A stretch of 64,000 bases of DNA, from NCBI GenBank assembly GCA_041652755.1, contig JBAZGS010000007.1:1687-65686 (forward strand), given 5' to 3'. Both the position numbers and the translations under genes were made by a program. Origin of the DNA: Candidatus Nanoarchaeia archaeon (GTDB taxonomy: Archaea > Nanobdellota > Nanobdellia > Tiddalikarchaeales > Tiddalikarchaeaceae). Below, piece by piece: positions 61,419-64,000 of this stretch (positions are counted from its first letter, which is position 1; each line of letters begins with the position of its first letter). The notes under the pieces were generated by a model that was not told the DNA's origin, searched no databases, and worked only from the letters and a program-made list of their open reading frames with translations.

Positions 61419-61787
61419 TTGATGAAAGACTGGAAGAGCTTTGAAAAGTTTATAGCGCAAGTACTGGAACTGCATAATTTTAAGTCTTTTTGGAATGTGA
61501 ATTTAACACTTAATGGGATTAGAAGGCAGTTTGATGTAGTTGCAAGAAAGGGCAGCGTGATTATTGGAATTGATTGTAAGTTCTGGGATAATAAGAAGAC
61601 TAAGAAGTGCGGGCTTGTCAGCAGTGCAATAAAGCAGAAAGAACGGTGCTTATTGCTTAATGATTTGTTTGGATTAAACATTACTTCATTAATTGTTACT
61701 AATAAAGAGGATTTGTGCGGGTGTTTTGAGAACATCAATATAGTGCCTTTAAATAGGCTTAATAGTTATTTATTGGATAATTATTGA
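61419..61787 (+). CDS. PD-(D/E)XK nuclease (Mrr-cat / Hjc-like core)
   Basis: FEKFIAQVLE..GF....(x)..FDVVARKG..IIGIDCKFW gives an E...D...D-x-K arrangement. 122 aa. Confidence 0.5.
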   Translation: MMKDWKSFEKFIAQVLELHNFKSFWNVNLTLNGIRRQFDVVARKGSVIIGIDCKFWDNKKTKKCGLVSSAIKQKERCLLLNDLFGLNITSLIVTNKEDLCGCFENINIVPLNRLNSYLLDNY

Positions 61788-61845
61788 CTCTTAAGTAGTA
61801 ACAAAATAGCAAGGTTTTTAAAGAGATTTTCTTCATAATAAGAGT

Positions 61846-62307
61846 ATGAAAAGCAACTCAATGAAAAATTACTTTCAAAATTTGAATAAAGGTGAGGTAT
61901 CAAAAATAAAGGCAACTATAAATGCAACTTCAAAGCAATTGCAAGAAATATATTCTTTTATTCCGGGAATTGAAAAAGTCAAAGGAGATTATTATTCAAA
62001 ACTTTCAAAAATAGTTGATCTTATGATTTCATATGCAAAAACTAATGGTTTAATAGATGAAGAGGAGTACAAAACTTGTATTTCATTAAAAAATGGAAGC
62101 TATGAAGGTTTACAGGGGACACTTGGAGATATAACTATGATTATTAATGAAAAAGATTTTATGCAAGCTGAACAATTTGAAACTTTAGACCCTTACAATC
62201 CCTTACATACAGATATTGTTAATACATTAAATGAACAATTAAGTTCCATATTTGTAGGAGATCCTGACTCAGAAAATTTAGAAGAATTAGTTAAGGATCA
62301 AAAATAA
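61846..62307 (+). CDS. Hypothetical protein
   Basis: 153-aa ORF. No motif recognised. Confidence 0.4.
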   Translation: MKSNSMKNYFQNLNKGEVSKIKATINATSKQLQEIYSFIPGIEKVKGDYYSKLSKIVDLMISYAKTNGLIDEEEYKTCISLKNGSYEGLQGTLGDITMIINEKDFMQAEQFETLDPYNPLHTDIVNTLNEQLSSIFVGDPDSENLEELVKDQK

Positions 62308-62849
62308 GCAAGGTTCATTATTAATCCTTTAAGATTTTTTTTGATGAAGTCAGGCCTCATATAATCATATGCATGTATTTTACCAGACAAACATACAATA
62401 TCCGAATAACTGTTAGTTTCAAAGTTATCATTAATGTCACTTAAAAAAGAAATAAAATATTCTTTTATGAGCTTTCTTCTTTTTGCTACTTTTTCAAACC
62501 AAGGGCAATTTTTAAAAAAATCATTTGTTTTAAAAGCATAGGGTATTACATAAGAGGGATTAAAATTAATTAATTGACTTATATTTTTTTCAGCATAAGA
62601 TTGAGGATTTGGCAAAAAATTATTTTTATTACTCAATAAATCATAATAAGATTTATTGTCTAATTCAACCAAAAATAAGCTATTGTCTTTTATTTTACCA
62701 TTTAACATGAAATTATTTTGCAATTTTTCATCATGATATCTAATTTGATTATAAGATTTTATTAAAGGCAGTTTTGAATTAAAATCAAAAGCTTCATAAT
62801 CAACATAACCTATCATCCATAAAATCTTATTTTCAAGGTTAGTAAGCAT
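62298..62849 (-). CDS. Hypothetical protein
   Basis: 183-aa ORF. No motif recognised. Confidence 0.4.
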   Translation of the reverse strand: MLTNLENKILWMIGYVDYEAFDFNSKLPLIKSYNQIRYHDEKLQNNFMLNGKIKDNSLFLVELDNKSYYDLLSNKNNFLPNPQSYAEKNISQLINFNPSYVIPYAFKTNDFFKNCPWFEKVAKRRKLIKEYFISFLSDINDNFETNSYSDIVCLSGKIHAYDYMRPDFIKKNLKGLIMNLAYF

Positions 62850-62957
62850 GATTGAAATATAAGTAAGTCTATTAAAAAAACTATTTATTTACCATATTGT
62901 AAATAAATATTTGGTTGCAGCTAAAAACTTATAAAGATAAAAGGGTATTTAAAAAAA

Positions 62958-63383
62958 ATGATAGATGTTATTGAATATGGAGACTTGGTTTTTTCAAATA
63001 AAAACAAGACAACTGAATGTGAATATTTGATAAATAATACAATTTATTACTTTAGAAATAATAAAGTATGCGGTTTTCAAACTGCTGATTTAGCGATTAA
63101 AGATGTTTCATTGGAAAATATTCATATGTTTTCAAAGACACCATGCCAAAAATATTTGCTTAATATTTTAAGTTATTGCAGGCAAATTGATTTAAAATTC
63201 AATCCTCCATTAAAAGTATTGCTTAAAAACCCTGAATTAAATCGATTAATCCATGTTGACAACCATGGTCATGTAAGAAGCTATGATGAAGCAATCCAGT
63301 GCCCAAGAGAGTTAGTAATAAAAATGCCTGAATCAAAAATTAAGGAAGTAAGACTTGATGAAATTATTCAAGCACTGCCTTAA
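62958..63383 (+). CDS. Hypothetical protein
   Basis: 141-aa ORF. No motif recognised. Confidence 0.4.
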   Translation: MIDVIEYGDLVFSNKNKTTECEYLINNTIYYFRNNKVCGFQTADLAIKDVSLENIHMFSKTPCQKYLLNILSYCRQIDLKFNPPLKVLLKNPELNRLIHVDNHGHVRSYDEAIQCPRELVIKMPESKIKEVRLDEIIQALP

Positions 63384-64000
63384 TCCTTCTGATTCCTGCT
63401 GCAATTCCTTCTTCTTTAATTATTTTGAATTTTCCTAATTCTTTAGTGTTAGATACATGCGGCCCTCCGCATACTTCTTTAGAAAAATCACCTATATGAT
63501 AAACGAAAACTCTTTGCCCATATTTCCCTTCAAACTCTGCTTGAGCTCCTGAAATCTTAGCGTCTTCAAAGTTCATCTCAGCTTTTTTAACATCAATGGA
63601 GTTGTTTATCTTTTCATTTACCAACTCCTCAACTTTTTTCAGCTCCTCAGCAGTCATTTTCCTGTCCAAATTAAAATCAAATCTCAGCCTTTCTGGAGTA
63701 ATGTTTGAGCCTTTCTGCTTAATATTCTTATCAACTACTTCCCTTAGGGCTTGCGCCAATAAATGGGTGGCAGTATGCAGTTTAGTTGTCAATTCTGAAA
63801 CATTGCTTAATCCTCCTTTGAATTTCTGCTCAGCGCCTTGCTTTGAAAGCTCCTGATGCTTTTTTAACTCCTCATTAAATCCTGATTCATCAACACTAAT
63901 GCCTTTCTCATTTGCCAATTCTTTGGTGATTTCTATTGGAAAACCATATGATTGAAAGAGTAAGAATGCAGTTTTTCCTGACAAATCATTTGCTGAAAAT
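63364..64000 (-). CDS. alaS: Alanine--tRNA ligase, C-terminal part (frame open to right window edge); ends just after the editing domain
   Basis: FLLFQSYGFPIEITKE.A.E.G..VD..GF; editing-domain HTATHLL and GGPHV.NT.E.G.FKI....GIAAGIRRI. No stop between 63984 and 64000 in frame. Confidence 0.8.
   Translation of the reverse strand, partial: FSANDLSGKTAFLLFQSYGFPIEITKELANEKGISVDESGFNEELKKHQELSKQGAEQKFKGGLSNVSELTTKLHTATHLLAQALREVVDKNIKQKGSNITPERLRFDFNLDRKMTAEELKKVEELVNEKINNSIDVKKAEMNFEDAKISGAQAEFEGKYGQRVFVYHIGDFSKEVCGGPHVSNTKELGKFKIIKEEGIAAGIRRIKAVLE

Noticed and set aside
1-64000. CRISPR arrays, IS elements/transposases, integrases, and alternative genetic code
   Set aside because: I saw no regularly spaced short repeats and no DDE, tyrosine or serine recombinase motifs in any ORF. 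Long motif-intact ORFs terminate at TAA, TGA and TAG, so there is no sign of stop-codon reassignment.

Overview
Visibly AT-rich, gene-dense archaeal chromosome segment. The archaeal call rests on TFB, RpoD/N/P, ribosomal proteins L18e/L37ae/L35Ae, Pcc1, prefoldin beta, ABCE1, Rpp21, archaeal-type MtaB and Trm1. Small proteins, many ORFans and pilin-signal adhesins suggest a reduced DPANN-like lineage (inference only). RNA genes on the + strand: tRNA-Gly(UCC) 3773-3843, tRNA-Leu(UAA) 13813-13898, an orphan 5S rRNA 58146-58263, and a ~327-nt structured RNA (2052-2378) that I read as an atypical RNase P RNA, about 500 bp from the Rpp21 gene. The S13-S4-S11-RpoD and L18e-L13-S9-RpoN halves of the usual archaeal cluster are separated by ~12.7 kb of accessory genes. 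That insert starts at the tRNA-Leu, which carries a degenerate copy of its own 3' end and a decayed Bro-N/DinD-like gene. Both halves carry a near-identical ~27-nt promoter segment. Best candidates for undescribed biology: (1) a six-gene block at 43314-49910, holding a 464-aa ORFan, an Endo IV/xylose-isomerase-like TIM barrel with a large insertion, two paralogous Pol-beta NTase/HEPN-like proteins and a two-gene ORFan operon; (2) two giant pilin-signal adhesins (31071-34340, 35608-37593) that share a ~410-bp almost identical 5' module as direct repeats around an essential tRNA methylthiotransferase gene; (3) a metallophosphoesterase/PhnN-like kinase/ORFan operon; (4) a single-gene cassette bounded by 35-bp direct repeats; (5) a 4-kb ORFan island with a PD-(D/E)XK nuclease. 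I saw no CRISPR array, transposase, integrase or reverse transcriptase. All homology calls come from motif recognition by eye and need database confirmation.
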